DNA of 64,000 nucleotides from Chloroflexota bacterium. Its GTDB lineage: Bacteria; Chloroflexota; Limnocylindria; QHBO01. Shown in pieces: positions 47,912 through 61,659 of this stretch (position 1 is its first letter; each line of letters opens with the position of its first letter). Location of the stretch: assembly GCA_025699005.1 (NCBI GenBank), contig JAILWI010000002.1, positions 217,778 to 281,777 on the forward strand. Reading direction: 5' to 3'. Under the pieces are notes generated by a model, which worked only from the letters and a program-made list of their open reading frames with translations, was not told the DNA's origin and did not search any database. Made by a program: the position numbers and the translations under genes.

Positions 47912-48448
47912 ATGAACGCCCAGACGACCGAAGCCCTCGCCCATCCACGCGTCGCCGACCTCGCCGACGATGGCGAGGCCTTCGTGCCGCTCGCGGTGAC
48001 CGGTCGCCTGCATGGCGACCCCGACCGCGTGGCAGCGATGCTCGATGCCGGCAGCGCTTCGTGGCTTCGCGGCATGCGCGCGCGCCCCGCGGCCGGGGGG
48101 ATGCGGCGCTACGAGGTCGATCTGCGCCTGCGCGTCGGAGTCGGACAGGCGGCCGTCAGCACGTTCCGCAAGGCCGCGTACCTCGACCTCGGTCCGGCCG
48201 TGGAGACGCCCGACGGGTGGGAGCTGGACATCAGCTGGCGTGCCGCATCCGCCGCTCCACTCTTCCCGGTGTTCGCGGGATGCCTGGTCATCGGGCCGCG
48301 TGACCTGCGCATCGAGGGCCTCTACGCGCCGCCCGGAGGCCCCGTCGGCCGAGCCGCGGATCGGCTGCTGCTCCACATCGCGGCGAACGCCACGGCGCGC
48401 TGGCTGCTCGCGGAGATCGACCGCGCCGCGCTCGGAGCCGCGGGCTAG
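47912..48448 (+). CDS. hypothetical protein (178 aa)
   Basis: ORF convergent with the DosR-like regulator. AAGGTCCCG motif copy about 55 bp upstream. No family recognised. Confidence 0.4.
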   Translation: MNAQTTEALAHPRVADLADDGEAFVPLAVTGRLHGDPDRVAAMLDAGSASWLRGMRARPAAGGMRRYEVDLRLRVGVGQAAVSTFRKAAYLDLGPAVETPDGWELDISWRAASAAPLFPVFAGCLVIGPRDLRIEGLYAPPGGPVGRAADRLLLHIAANATARWLLAEIDRAALGAAG

Positions 48449-49122
48449 GTGCCGGCCGGGGGCTCGCCGACGCGACGCTTCGCCACGAAGGCGGCGGCCT
48501 GCGTTCGCCGCTGGAGGTTGAGCTTCGACAGGATGCTGCTGACGTAGTTCTTCACCGTCTTGTCGGAGAGGAACACCTCGCCGGCGATCTCCTTGTTCGT
48601 CTTTCCCTCCGCCACCAGCAGGAGGATGCGGCGCTCCTGCTCGGTGAGCTCCGACAGCTCGTCGGTGACCCCGCCGCTCGCGGCCTGTCGGACCCGCTGG
48701 AGCACCTTTTCGGTCACCGCCGGGTCGAGGAGGGAGTCGCCGCGCCCCACCGACTCGATCGCGGCCACCAGGTCGCGTCCGCGGACCTGCTTGAGGAGGT
48801 AGCCCGAGGCGCCCGCGATGATCGCCGAAAGCACGGCCTCTTCGTCGGGGTAGCTCGTGAGCATGACCACCCGCGTCTCGGGCCGAGCCGCTCGGATCTC
48901 GCGGCACGCCTCGATGCCCGATCCATCCGGCAGGCGGACGTCCATGACCACCACGTCCGGCTCGAAGCGCGCGGCCTGGGCGATTGCCTCGCGCACGGAG
49001 CCGGCGTGGGCCACGACGTCGATTCCGGCGCGACGATTGAGCAGCGCGACGAGTCCCTGCCGCACCACCTCGTGGTCGTCGACGACGAGCAGGCGCAGGG
49101 GGGCGTTCGGTGCGTCAGTCAT
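48445..49122 (-). CDS. dosR: NarL/LuxR-family response regulator, DevR/DosR-like
   Basis: Receiver plus LuxR HTH. Blocks LLVVDDHEVVRQGL, MDVRLPDGSGIEACR, MLTSY, IIAGASGYLLK, LTEQERRILLL, KTNKEIA, LSDKTVKNYVSSILSKLNLQRRTQAAAFV closely parallel M. tuberculosis DevR. Confidence 0.8.
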   Translation of the reverse strand: MTDAPNAPLRLLVVDDHEVVRQGLVALLNRRAGIDVVAHAGSVREAIAQAARFEPDVVVMDVRLPDGSGIEACREIRAARPETRVVMLTSYPDEEAVLSAIIAGASGYLLKQVRGRDLVAAIESVGRGDSLLDPAVTEKVLQRVRQAASGGVTDELSELTEQERRILLLVAEGKTNKEIAGEVFLSDKTVKNYVSSILSKLNLQRRTQAAAFVAKRRVGEPPAGT

Positions 49123-50626
49123 GCTCTGGCTCCGGGCTTCTCGGGCGGGTCTCCGGTACGGACATGATGATACGGGTGCCGTGGGTCGGCGAGCTCTCGA
49201 CGCCGAAGCGGCCGCCGAGCGCCTCGATGCGAGCGCGCATGTTCGCGAGGCCCTGGTGGCCCTGCCGCGAATGCTCCGCGGCGTCGAAGCCGCGCCCATC
49301 GTCGGTGAGCACCAGCCGCAGATCGGCACCGTCGCGGTCGAGCTCGATGCGAGCCTGGGTGGCGCCGGCATGGCGCGCGACGTTGCTGAGCCCCTCGCGC
49401 GCCACGGCAAGGAGATCGGCGACCGTCTCGATCGGCAGGGCGAGCTCGGACTCGTCCACGCCGACCCGGACCTCGACGGTGACTCCGCTGCTCCGGCGGA
49501 GCTCACCACCGAGCGCGTGCAGGCCCTCCGTGATCCCGCCGGCCTCGAGCAGCACGGGGCGGAGGCCGAAGATGAAGTTCCGGATGTCGCGGATCACGGC
49601 ATGCAGCGCGTCGATCGCATCGTCGACGCGTCGCGCGGCCGCCTCGGGCTCGCCCGGAATCATCTCCGGGACGTCGTCGAGCGCCAGCGTCTGGGCGTAG
49701 ATCGCCTGGATGACGCTGTCGTGGAGATCGCGGCTGATGCGGTCACGCTCATCGACCACGGCCAGGCGCCCGACCTGGTCGTGGAGGCGGGCGTTCTCGA
49801 TGGCGATTCCCGCGTGCAGGGCGAACATCTCGACCAGCGCCTGGTCGTCCGCGCTGAACTCCGCGGCGCCGATCTTGTTCGTCAGGTAGAGACGCCCGAC
49901 GGTGTTGCCGCCGACCGTGATGGGCATGCCGAGGAACGAGCGCATCTCGGGATGGTGGGCCGGGAAGCCGAAGCGCTCCGGATGTGCGCCGATGTCCGGG
50001 ATGCGGTAGGTGCGCGACTCACGGATGATGAGGCCCAGCAGCCCGTGGCCGCGCGGCAGGTCACCGATCCGAGCCCGGTCCTCGCCGCTGATGCCGCTCG
50101 TGATGAACTGCTCGATCCCACCCTGCGAATCCACGATCCCGATGGCGGCGTACTGGGCCGGCGCCAGGTCACGCACGCGATCGACGATGACCTGGAGCAC
50201 GCGGGCGACGTCGAGCACGCCGCCGATGCCGCGGACCGCCTGGTCGAGCGCGACGAGCTGTCGGTCCGTGCGCTCCGCGGCCGCCCGGGTGCGCGCGCTG
50301 GCGATGGCGAGCTCGAGCATCTCGGCAAAGGCTCGGGCGTCATGCGGATCTCCGCCGATGCGGGCCCATCCCACCGGTCGAGCCTCGCCCGGCATCCGCA
50401 GCGCGATCTCGGCCCCTTCGATGCCACCACCCACGTCGAGCTCGAGGTCGGGGAGGGGAGGCGCGGTGGCTCGCAGGCGCCCGACGGTGAGCCCCATCGA
50501 CGCCGCCGCCGCCCCGATCGCAGCACTGAGATCCGTCATGGCGTCCGCCGAGGCATCCGCACGCCATCGTTCCATGGCCTCGAGCACCGGACGGATCGAG
50601 GCGACTCGTCGAATCTCGGGTTGCAT
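49115..50626 (-). CDS. dosS: GAF-domain sensor histidine kinase (HisKA_3 / HATPase_c), DosS/DosT-like
   Basis: GAF domain closely resembling DevS GAF-B (HPERFGFPAHHPEMRSFLGMPI...GRLYLTNK). H-box ERDRISRDLHDSVIQ. HATPase G-boxes. Overlaps the regulator by 8 bp. Confidence 0.8.
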   Translation of the reverse strand: MQPEIRRVASIRPVLEAMERWRADASADAMTDLSAAIGAAAASMGLTVGRLRATAPPLPDLELDVGGGIEGAEIALRMPGEARPVGWARIGGDPHDARAFAEMLELAIASARTRAAAERTDRQLVALDQAVRGIGGVLDVARVLQVIVDRVRDLAPAQYAAIGIVDSQGGIEQFITSGISGEDRARIGDLPRGHGLLGLIIRESRTYRIPDIGAHPERFGFPAHHPEMRSFLGMPITVGGNTVGRLYLTNKIGAAEFSADDQALVEMFALHAGIAIENARLHDQVGRLAVVDERDRISRDLHDSVIQAIYAQTLALDDVPEMIPGEPEAAARRVDDAIDALHAVIRDIRNFIFGLRPVLLEAGGITEGLHALGGELRRSSGVTVEVRVGVDESELALPIETVADLLAVAREGLSNVARHAGATQARIELDRDGADLRLVLTDDGRGFDAAEHSRQGHQGLANMRARIEALGGRFGVESSPTHGTRIIMSVPETRPRSPEPEHD

Positions 50627-50676
50627 CGTCAGCAGAGGCTACTGCACGGCGGGCGGGCCGAACATGGAGAGTTGTC

Positions 50677-50688
50677 CCTATCGAACAC

Positions 50689-50699
<11 letters not shown>
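50677..50699. promoter_or_regulatory. SOS (LexA/Cheo-type) box TCGAAC-ACTT-GTTCGA within a 22-bp palindrome CTATCGAACACTTGTTCGATAG, between the kinase gene and lhr
   Basis: Read directly. Perfect match to the Gram-positive/mycobacterial SOS box consensus TCGAAC-N4-GTTCGA. Overlaps the annotated TTG start of lhr. Confidence 0.45.
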
Positions 50700-55194
<4,495 letters not shown>

Positions 55195-55971
55195 CCGATC
55201 CGGCGCGATCGTTCGCGCCCACTCGCGGATGAGCTCCCAGTCGCGGAAGTCACCGTCGGGCGAGCGGACCATCCGCGTGATGATTCGCTCGGCGAAGTCC
55301 AGGTTCTCGCCATCCACGCGCCCGGCGAAGACCCGGTGGTCGCGTGCCCCCAGCTCCCGTGCCCACCGGACGGCGTCGGAGGGCGGCTCGTCGGGCGTCA
55401 ACGGCGTTCCGATCGGCCCGCTGGAGAACAGCCAGACCGGACGCTGCCGCAGCGCGGTCCGGTGGCGCTCGCCGAAGCGGCGCGCCGACGGCATCCAGCG
55501 TCCGCCGTACACCGCGCTGCCGAGGACCACGGCGTCGTACGCACTGCAGTCGCGCACCAGGTCCGGCTCGGCGATGTCCACGTCGTTCCCGGCGCGTCGC
55601 AGCTCGTCGGCGATGGCCTCCGCGATCTCGCGGGTCGCCCCGTGCTTCGAGGCGGTCGAAACGAGGATGTGCATCTGACGGTCACGGTGCGGGTTGGGCG
55701 CCGAGCATGCATCGGGCGTCGGCGCCGGGTCGTGGGCCGGTCGTCACGATTCCGCGGGTCGGTCGGCCCGCAGCGGGCGGCGCCAGCGCGGATCGATCGG
55801 TCCGAATGGCCTGCGGCAAGAGGTCCCTCGGCATCTGGCCGCGATGGCGCGCCGGGTCGACGATGCGGATCGGGAGCGGGTGAGGCCCTGGAGCTTCGGA
55901 GCCCGAAGCGCAGGTGCCCATGCAGCTTCGCCCGCTCCCGGCTACCAGCCTCTGCCTCTGAGGAGCTCGCG

Positions 55972-56931
55972 ATGACCCGGATCGTGATCGGCGTTGATGG
56001 TTCCCCCCACTCGCTCGTGGCCGTCGAGCTCGTCGCCGGCATGAGCTGGCCGCGGCCGACGCACGTGCACCTCGTCCTGGGCCATGAGCCGCCCACCGAT
56101 TGGGCCGCCCGGATGCCCGGCGGCGACTGGTTTCCGGGTCAGGATGCCGAGACGCGACGCGCCCTCGAGCGAACGCTCGACGGCATCGCGGAGGTTCTCC
56201 ACCGGGGCGGGCGAACCGTCTCGGTGCACGTCGCTCCCGAGCCACCTGCGCGGGCCCTGCTCGAGATGGCCGCGTCGGTGGCAGCGGACCTCATCGTGGT
56301 CGGGAGCCGCGGTCGCGGACCGGCAGCCACCGCACTGCTCGGCTCAGTGTCCGCAGCGGTCGCCGACCATGCGCCGTGTCCGGTGCTGGTGGCTCGCTAC
56401 CCGGAGGTGACCCGGCTGCTGGTTGCCACCGATGGGTCCCCGGAAGCCGCCCGGATCCCGGAGGTGCTGGATCACTGGCCCGCGCTCCGTCAGCTCCCGG
56501 TGGACGTCGTGACGGTGTCCCGCCCGCCCTCGCGCGACGCGTCGGCGTTCGTCACGCCGTGGTCGTTTCCCGAGCGCGAGGGCGCTGGCTCACCGGCACT
56601 CCATCGATCCGCGCCAGCCATCCGTGTGGCGAACCAGCTCCGTGCTGCCGGGTGGCGCGTGGGCGCGACGATCTCGCGCACGGGCGACGCGCCGGCCGAG
56701 ATCCTCCACGCGGCACACGACCACGGGTGCGACCTCATCGTGACCGGATCGCGCGGGCTCGGAGACCTGCGCCGTGTGCTCGTCGGCAGCGTCGCGCACG
56801 AGGTGATGCTTCGGGCCCAGCAGTCCGTCCTCATCGTCCGTGGCCACGTGCCGGCGGACGCTCCGGTGCGGGACACGGTTCCGGTCACCCACGGGGTTGG
56901 TGCCGTCGAGGCTGGCTCGTCCGGAGGCTAG
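55972..56931 (+). CDS. tandem universal stress protein (two UspA domains)
   Basis: MTRIVIGVDGSPHS... and VVGSRGRGPAATALLGSVS / VTGSRGLGDLRRVLVGSVA ATP-motif blocks. GAGGAG RBS upstream of the ATG at 55972. Confidence 0.8.
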   Translation: MTRIVIGVDGSPHSLVAVELVAGMSWPRPTHVHLVLGHEPPTDWAARMPGGDWFPGQDAETRRALERTLDGIAEVLHRGGRTVSVHVAPEPPARALLEMAASVAADLIVVGSRGRGPAATALLGSVSAAVADHAPCPVLVARYPEVTRLLVATDGSPEAARIPEVLDHWPALRQLPVDVVTVSRPPSRDASAFVTPWSFPEREGAGSPALHRSAPAIRVANQLRAAGWRVGATISRTGDAPAEILHAAHDHGCDLIVTGSRGLGDLRRVLVGSVAHEVMLRAQQSVLIVRGHVPADAPVRDTVPVTHGVGAVEAGSSGG

Positions 56932-57956
56932 GGCCCGTCGACGGCCACGGCGGACTCGACGACCATCTGCGCGCGGCAGTCGAGCACGGCTCGCTCCGGG
57001 CTGGCGGGATCGTCGGCGACGTCGGCGGCATCGTCGCAGTCTTCGGCGGCGGGGTCGTCGAGGTGGACCCGCAGCTCGATCCACGTCCCGCGGGGAGGCA
57101 TGGCGACGCCCGATGCCGGGTCGATGGAGACCGTGGTGCCGACGTCGGCCTCGTCGATCGTGACGTAGGCGTCATTGGTGCTCTGGCAGTACAGCCAGCC
57201 ACTCGGCTCGGCCTGCGCCGCGCAGCTTCCGCCCGTACCGGCATCATCCGGCAACTCGGGCCAGAAGGCGCGGAACGTGATCGGCTCCGCTCCGAAGCAC
57301 GCCAGCCGCTCGAGATTCGTGCGCCCGAGGATCACCGTGCCGGCCGTCAGCGGAGCCGCCGGACACTCGAGCGCGTGCGCTGCGAGCCACGCGTCGCCGT
57401 TCTCGCTTCGCCCGGCGAGCCAGCCGAACCAGGCCGGGCAGTTGTAGGGGTCGGTGGTGAAGGGCCCGGCACACCCGGAGTTCGGCGGCAGGCCCATGGC
57501 GGACACCAGGTACCACGAGAACCCATCGGCCTGGACCGGACCGTCGACGACGAATCCGACAGTTCCCAGCTCCACGCTGCCCAGCCGCTCCGCGTCCACC
57601 GACGGCCCGCCGCGCACCGAGATTCGTTCGACGGTCGTCTCGACCACCGTGTCCCGGGGGATGGCGTCGGGTGCCGTCGACGGCGTCGAGCTACCGGAGG
57701 GGGCTGCCGACGATGTGCCGGCCGATGGAGCGGGAGACGACGGCAACGCCGATGGCGACGAAGAGGTCGCCGCAGACGGGGAGCCCGAAGCGGACGCCGT
57801 GCCGGGATCGCCGCCCCCGAGCACCGCGAACGCGAGCACGATGAGCAGGAGCACGAGCAGCACGATCCCGAGGATCATCGGCAGGGGGGTGCGCTCACGA
57901 TGGCGCCGCCGCAGAGGGCGCTGGGGGCGAAGCGGGGGATACGGCGCGTCGCTCAC
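56928..57956 (-). CDS. membrane-anchored exported hypothetical protein with Ser/Pro/Ala-rich linker
   Basis: N-terminal TM helix, low-complexity SASGSPSAATSSSPSALPSSPAPS linker, Cys-containing globular domain. Confidence 0.5.
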   Translation of the reverse strand: MSDAPYPPLRPQRPLRRRHRERTPLPMILGIVLLVLLLIVLAFAVLGGGDPGTASASGSPSAATSSSPSALPSSPAPSAGTSSAAPSGSSTPSTAPDAIPRDTVVETTVERISVRGGPSVDAERLGSVELGTVGFVVDGPVQADGFSWYLVSAMGLPPNSGCAGPFTTDPYNCPAWFGWLAGRSENGDAWLAAHALECPAAPLTAGTVILGRTNLERLACFGAEPITFRAFWPELPDDAGTGGSCAAQAEPSGWLYCQSTNDAYVTIDEADVGTTVSIDPASGVAMPPRGTWIELRVHLDDPAAEDCDDAADVADDPASPERAVLDCRAQMVVESAVAVDGP

Positions 57957-58166
57957 GCTTGCCTCCGACCGGTGGCCGTGCGTTCACCGAGCATAGAAGT
58001 GTCCCGAAGGAACCACGAGACCCGTTGATGCAATCTCTGGGTCCACGGACTCCTCCGGGACGAGAACTACGATACGGACGGCGGCGTGCCCTGCCAAGAG
58101 GGGTTGTCCACGAAAATCCGTCGTCGGCCGGCGGTTATCCACCGCCTGTCCACTCCGCCGGGTGCG

Positions 58167-58925
58167 CTAGAGGCGACCGGCCTCGATGATGCGCTGGAGA
58201 AACTCCCGCGTTCGCGCCTCGGCCGGCTCCCGGAACATGCGGTCCGGCGGTCCGTCTTCGAGGACGCGTCCCTCGTCGAGGAACACGACGCGGTTCGCGA
58301 TGTCGCGCGCGAAGCCCATCTCGTGCGTGGCGATGACCATCGTCATCCCCTCGCCCGCCAGCTCGCGGATCACGGCCAGCACCTCCGCGATGAGCTCGGG
58401 GTCCAGGGCGCTCGTCACCTCGTCCAGCAGCAGCAGCCGTGGCTCCATGGCCAGCGCTCGCACGATCGCGACGCGCTGCTGCTGTCCACCCGACAGGCGG
58501 TCGGGGTAGTCCAGACGCTTGTCGGCCAGGCCGAACCGCTCGAGCAGCGCGGTCGCACGCTCCTCGGCGGCCGGCCGGTCCGTTCGCAGGACACGTCGCG
58601 GTGCGAGAGTCACGTTGTCGAGGACCGACATGTGCGGAAACAGGTTGAATGCCTGGAAGACGATGCCGATGTGGCGGCGAATGCGGTCCACGTCGACCCC
58701 ATGCGCCGTGATCTCCTCACCGGCGACGAAGATCCGCCCGTCGTCGATCGGCTCCAGGAGGTTGATGCAGCGCAGCAGCGTCGATTTGCCGGAGCCCGAT
58801 GCGCCGATGAGGCACACGACCTCGTGCTCGGCCACGGCGAGGTCGATGCCCTTGAGCACCTCGAGGTCGCCGAACGACTTGTGCAGCGCCTCGATGCGCA
58901 GGGTCGGCGCGCTCACGGTCGTCAT
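58167..58925 (-). CDS. polar amino acid ABC transporter ATP-binding protein (GlnQ/HisP-like)
   Basis: Walker A GASGSGKST, signature LSGGQQQRVAI, Walker B LLLDE. Confidence 0.85.
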   Translation of the reverse strand: MTTVSAPTLRIEALHKSFGDLEVLKGIDLAVAEHEVVCLIGASGSGKSTLLRCINLLEPIDDGRIFVAGEEITAHGVDVDRIRRHIGIVFQAFNLFPHMSVLDNVTLAPRRVLRTDRPAAEERATALLERFGLADKRLDYPDRLSGGQQQRVAIVRALAMEPRLLLLDEVTSALDPELIAEVLAVIRELAGEGMTMVIATHEMGFARDIANRVVFLDEGRVLEDGPPDRMFREPAEARTREFLQRIIEAGRL

Positions 58926-59788
58926 CCGCCGCCGCCGAGGAACCGGCCACGCCGGCCTCGCTGGCCGGTCGCGCGCACCGAGGTGGCGTAGCGGCGGTCC
59001 TTCTCACGCGCCACGAGCCAGTCCGTGATGCGCGCCAGCGGGATGGTGAGGAGCACGAAGACGAGCGCGGTGGCGAGGTACGGGGTGAAGTCGAACGTCG
59101 CCGAGGAGCGGATCTGGGACTGCCGGAAGATCTCGACCACGCCGATGAACGACACGAGCACCGTGTCCTTCTGGAGCCCGATGAAGTCGTTGAGGAGCGG
59201 CGGGATCACGCGGCGAACGGCCTGGGGCAGCACGACGAAGCGCAGGGCCTGGGCCTGCGACAGGCCGAGCGAGCGGGCAGCCGCCGCCTGGCTCGGATGG
59301 ACCGAGTCGATCCCGGCGCGATAGACCTCGGACACGTACGCGGAGTAGACGAGGGTGAGCGCCACGACGCCCCAGAAGAACGGGTCATTCGGGACGCCCG
59401 GCAGCCGCAGTCCGGGGACGCCGAAGCCGAGGACGTAGATGACGAGCAGCCCGGGCACCGCCCGGAACAGGTCGGTGTACGCGGTGGCCAGGAGCCGCAG
59501 CGGGAAGAGCACCGGGCCGGGGAGGCCGCGCAGGACGGCGACGAGCAGCCCGAGCGTCAGGATGAGCACCTCGGCGATGAGGAACAGCCTGACGTTGACC
59601 TCGAAGCGGGCCACGATCCCGGGCGCCGATGCGAAGAAGTTGTCCCAGTTGAAGAACTGGCGGCGCACCTGGTCCCACCCGGGCGCGTTGACGACCAGGA
59701 AGGCGATCAGCCCGAAGAAGACGACCGTGCTGACGAACGCGATGAGCAGGGCCCGACGGCCGGACCCGCCGACCGTCAGGCGCGCCAT
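58922..59788 (-). CDS. amino acid ABC transporter permease (His/Glu/Gln/Arg/opine family)
   Basis: EAA-loop region ARSLGLSQAQALRFVVLPQA, 5-6 TM helices. Confidence 0.8.
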   Translation of the reverse strand: MARLTVGGSGRRALLIAFVSTVVFFGLIAFLVVNAPGWDQVRRQFFNWDNFFASAPGIVARFEVNVRLFLIAEVLILTLGLLVAVLRGLPGPVLFPLRLLATAYTDLFRAVPGLLVIYVLGFGVPGLRLPGVPNDPFFWGVVALTLVYSAYVSEVYRAGIDSVHPSQAAAARSLGLSQAQALRFVVLPQAVRRVIPPLLNDFIGLQKDTVLVSFIGVVEIFRQSQIRSSATFDFTPYLATALVFVLLTIPLARITDWLVAREKDRRYATSVRATGQRGRRGRFLGGGG

Positions 59789-59804
59789 GTCCGCGTGGAC
59801 CCCG

Positions 59805-60764
59805 CTACTCGAGAACCGGGACGTCCACGGCCTCGGACAGCCACTCCTCCGTGATGGCCTCGAGCTCGCCGCTCTCGTCGAGCGCGGCGATCGCCTCGTT
59901 CACGCACTCGGTCAGCGGGCTGTCCTGCTCGAGGACCAGGCTGAAGTACTCCTGCTCGTCGGCTGCCGCCGGGAACTGCCCGACGACCACGCCATCGTCC
60001 ATCTGGACCGCGGTGATGAAGAACGCGGTCGGCAGGTCGACGACGATGCCGTCCACCTGGTTGGCGTTGAGCGCCGCGATGGCCGCGTCGTTCGAGTCGT
60101 AGACCGACGGGTCGGCGCTCGGCTGGATCTCCTCCTGGATGTAGGCCAGGCTCGTGGTGCCGACCTGCACGCCCAGGCGGAACCCGGCGACGTCGGCGAT
60201 CGACGATGCCTCGGTGATCGGGGTACCGGCGTTCGCCACGAGCGCCTGGTTCGAGAAGTAGTAGCCGTCGCTCATGTCGACGACCTCGGCCCGCTCGTCG
60301 GAGAAGCTCACCTGGGCGAGGTAGAAGTCGAAGTCCTTCTCGCCCGGCGCGAACGAGTTCGCGAACGGCACGGGGATGAACTCGACGCTCTCCTCGTCGT
60401 AGCCGAGCTCCTCCGCGACGGCCCATGCCACGGCGCCCTCGAAGCCGCGCTGGTTCGTCGGGTCGCCGAGCTCCCACGGGTCGGTGGCGGTCTCACCGTC
60501 GCCGGGCGGATCCCAGTAGGGCGGGAACGCGGGATTATCGGTCCCGATCGTCAGCTGGCCCGCGGTCTTCGTCTCGAGACCATCGGGCGAGCATGCCTCC
60601 GGGGCGGCCGACTCGGAGGGCGCCATGCTCTCCGGCGCCATGCTCGGGGAGGTTGCCTCGGTGGGGGAGCCGACCCCGCCGGTTCCGGTGACGTCGCCGC
60701 TGGTGCAGGCCACCACGAGGGCGGCGACCGCCGACAACGTGGCTGCTCGGAAGACCCTGGACAT
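59805..60764 (-). CDS. amino acid ABC transporter substrate-binding lipoprotein (SBP family 3)
   Basis: Lipobox LVVACTSG, then a low-complexity linker and a periplasmic binding-protein fold. Start refined to the ATG at 60764. Confidence 0.75.
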   Translation of the reverse strand: MSRVFRAATLSAVAALVVACTSGDVTGTGGVGSPTEATSPSMAPESMAPSESAAPEACSPDGLETKTAGQLTIGTDNPAFPPYWDPPGDGETATDPWELGDPTNQRGFEGAVAWAVAEELGYDEESVEFIPVPFANSFAPGEKDFDFYLAQVSFSDERAEVVDMSDGYYFSNQALVANAGTPITEASSIADVAGFRLGVQVGTTSLAYIQEEIQPSADPSVYDSNDAAIAALNANQVDGIVVDLPTAFFITAVQMDDGVVVGQFPAAADEQEYFSLVLEQDSPLTECVNEAIAALDESGELEAITEEWLSEAVDVPVLE

Positions 60765-60828
60765 CTGCTGCTGAGCTCCTACGGTGAATGTGCCGATCGA
60801 GCGGAGTGTACTTCCTCGCGCCCCGGAC

Positions 60829-61659
60829 TCAATCCCCGCGCTCGAGGCGGACGGACGCACCCCGGGTGGCCCCGACCCGGGCCGCCAGGTTCCCCTGGTT
60901 GTCGGCCATCGCGAGATCGCCCGTCGAGTCGACGTAGAGAAGGGTCTGGCCCTCGGCCACGTGCCCGAAGCTCGGCGCGAAGGTCACCGACGCCAGCTCC
61001 ACGTCGCCGACACGCGCGGCGAGCCTCGATCCGACGGGGAGCTCGCCCAGGGCGGAGGTCACGGCGTGCGCGTCGCCCGCCAGCCGAAGGTTGCCGAAGC
61101 TGTCGACGTACGTCACCTCCGTCTCGAGCCCGCCGTCCCTGGTGACCGCCTCGGGCAGAGCCAGCGCGACGAGGTCGGCGGGCTCGATCGCGGGACCGAT
61201 CGCGTCGAAGCCGGCATCGGCGCAGGCGAGATGAGCCGCGACCGGCGCGAAGATGTCGCGACCGTGGAACGTCGAGCTCGTCACCGGCAGCCACAGCTCG
61301 CGGTTCGCCAGCTCCCGGACGTCCGCGATGCCGCCGAGGCGCTCGGCGCCGGGCACCAGGAGGCCGTTGTCGGGGCCGATGAGAACGTCGCCGCGGCCGG
61401 TCCGGATGCCGATCGGCCGGCGGGTGGTGCCGACTCCGGGATCCACGACCCCAACATGGACGCCGACCGGCATGTACGGAAGCGCGGCGCGCAGGAGCAT
61501 CGCGCCGTCGGGGATCGCGTACTTCGCGACGGTGTGCGAGACGTCGACGATGCGCGCCGTCGGGCAGATGCCGAGCATCACGCCGCGGCACGTGGCCGCG
61601 GCACCGTCGAGCCCGAAGTCGGTCAGGAACGAAATGAACGGTGGGCGTTCTGCGCTCAC
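60829..61659 (-). CDS. SAM hydroxide adenosyltransferase family protein (DUF62; fluorinase/chlorinase superfamily)
   Basis: PFISFLTDFGLDG N-terminal block and conserved DUF62 C-terminal beta-domain. GTG start overlaps the stop of the upstream MBL gene (GTGA). Confidence 0.7.
   Translation of the reverse strand: MSAERPPFISFLTDFGLDGAAATCRGVMLGICPTARIVDVSHTVAKYAIPDGAMLLRAALPYMPVGVHVGVVDPGVGTTRRPIGIRTGRGDVLIGPDNGLLVPGAERLGGIADVRELANRELWLPVTSSTFHGRDIFAPVAAHLACADAGFDAIGPAIEPADLVALALPEAVTRDGGLETEVTYVDSFGNLRLAGDAHAVTSALGELPVGSRLAARVGDVELASVTFAPSFGHVAEGQTLLYVDSTGDLAMADNQGNLAARVGATRGASVRLERGD

Noticed and set aside
55336-55971. 531 aa ORF upstream extension of the second USP
   Set aside because: The N-terminal 210 codons are low-complexity and overlap the flavodoxin-like gene on the other strand. 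The USP starts at the ATG at 55972 with a GAGGAG RBS.
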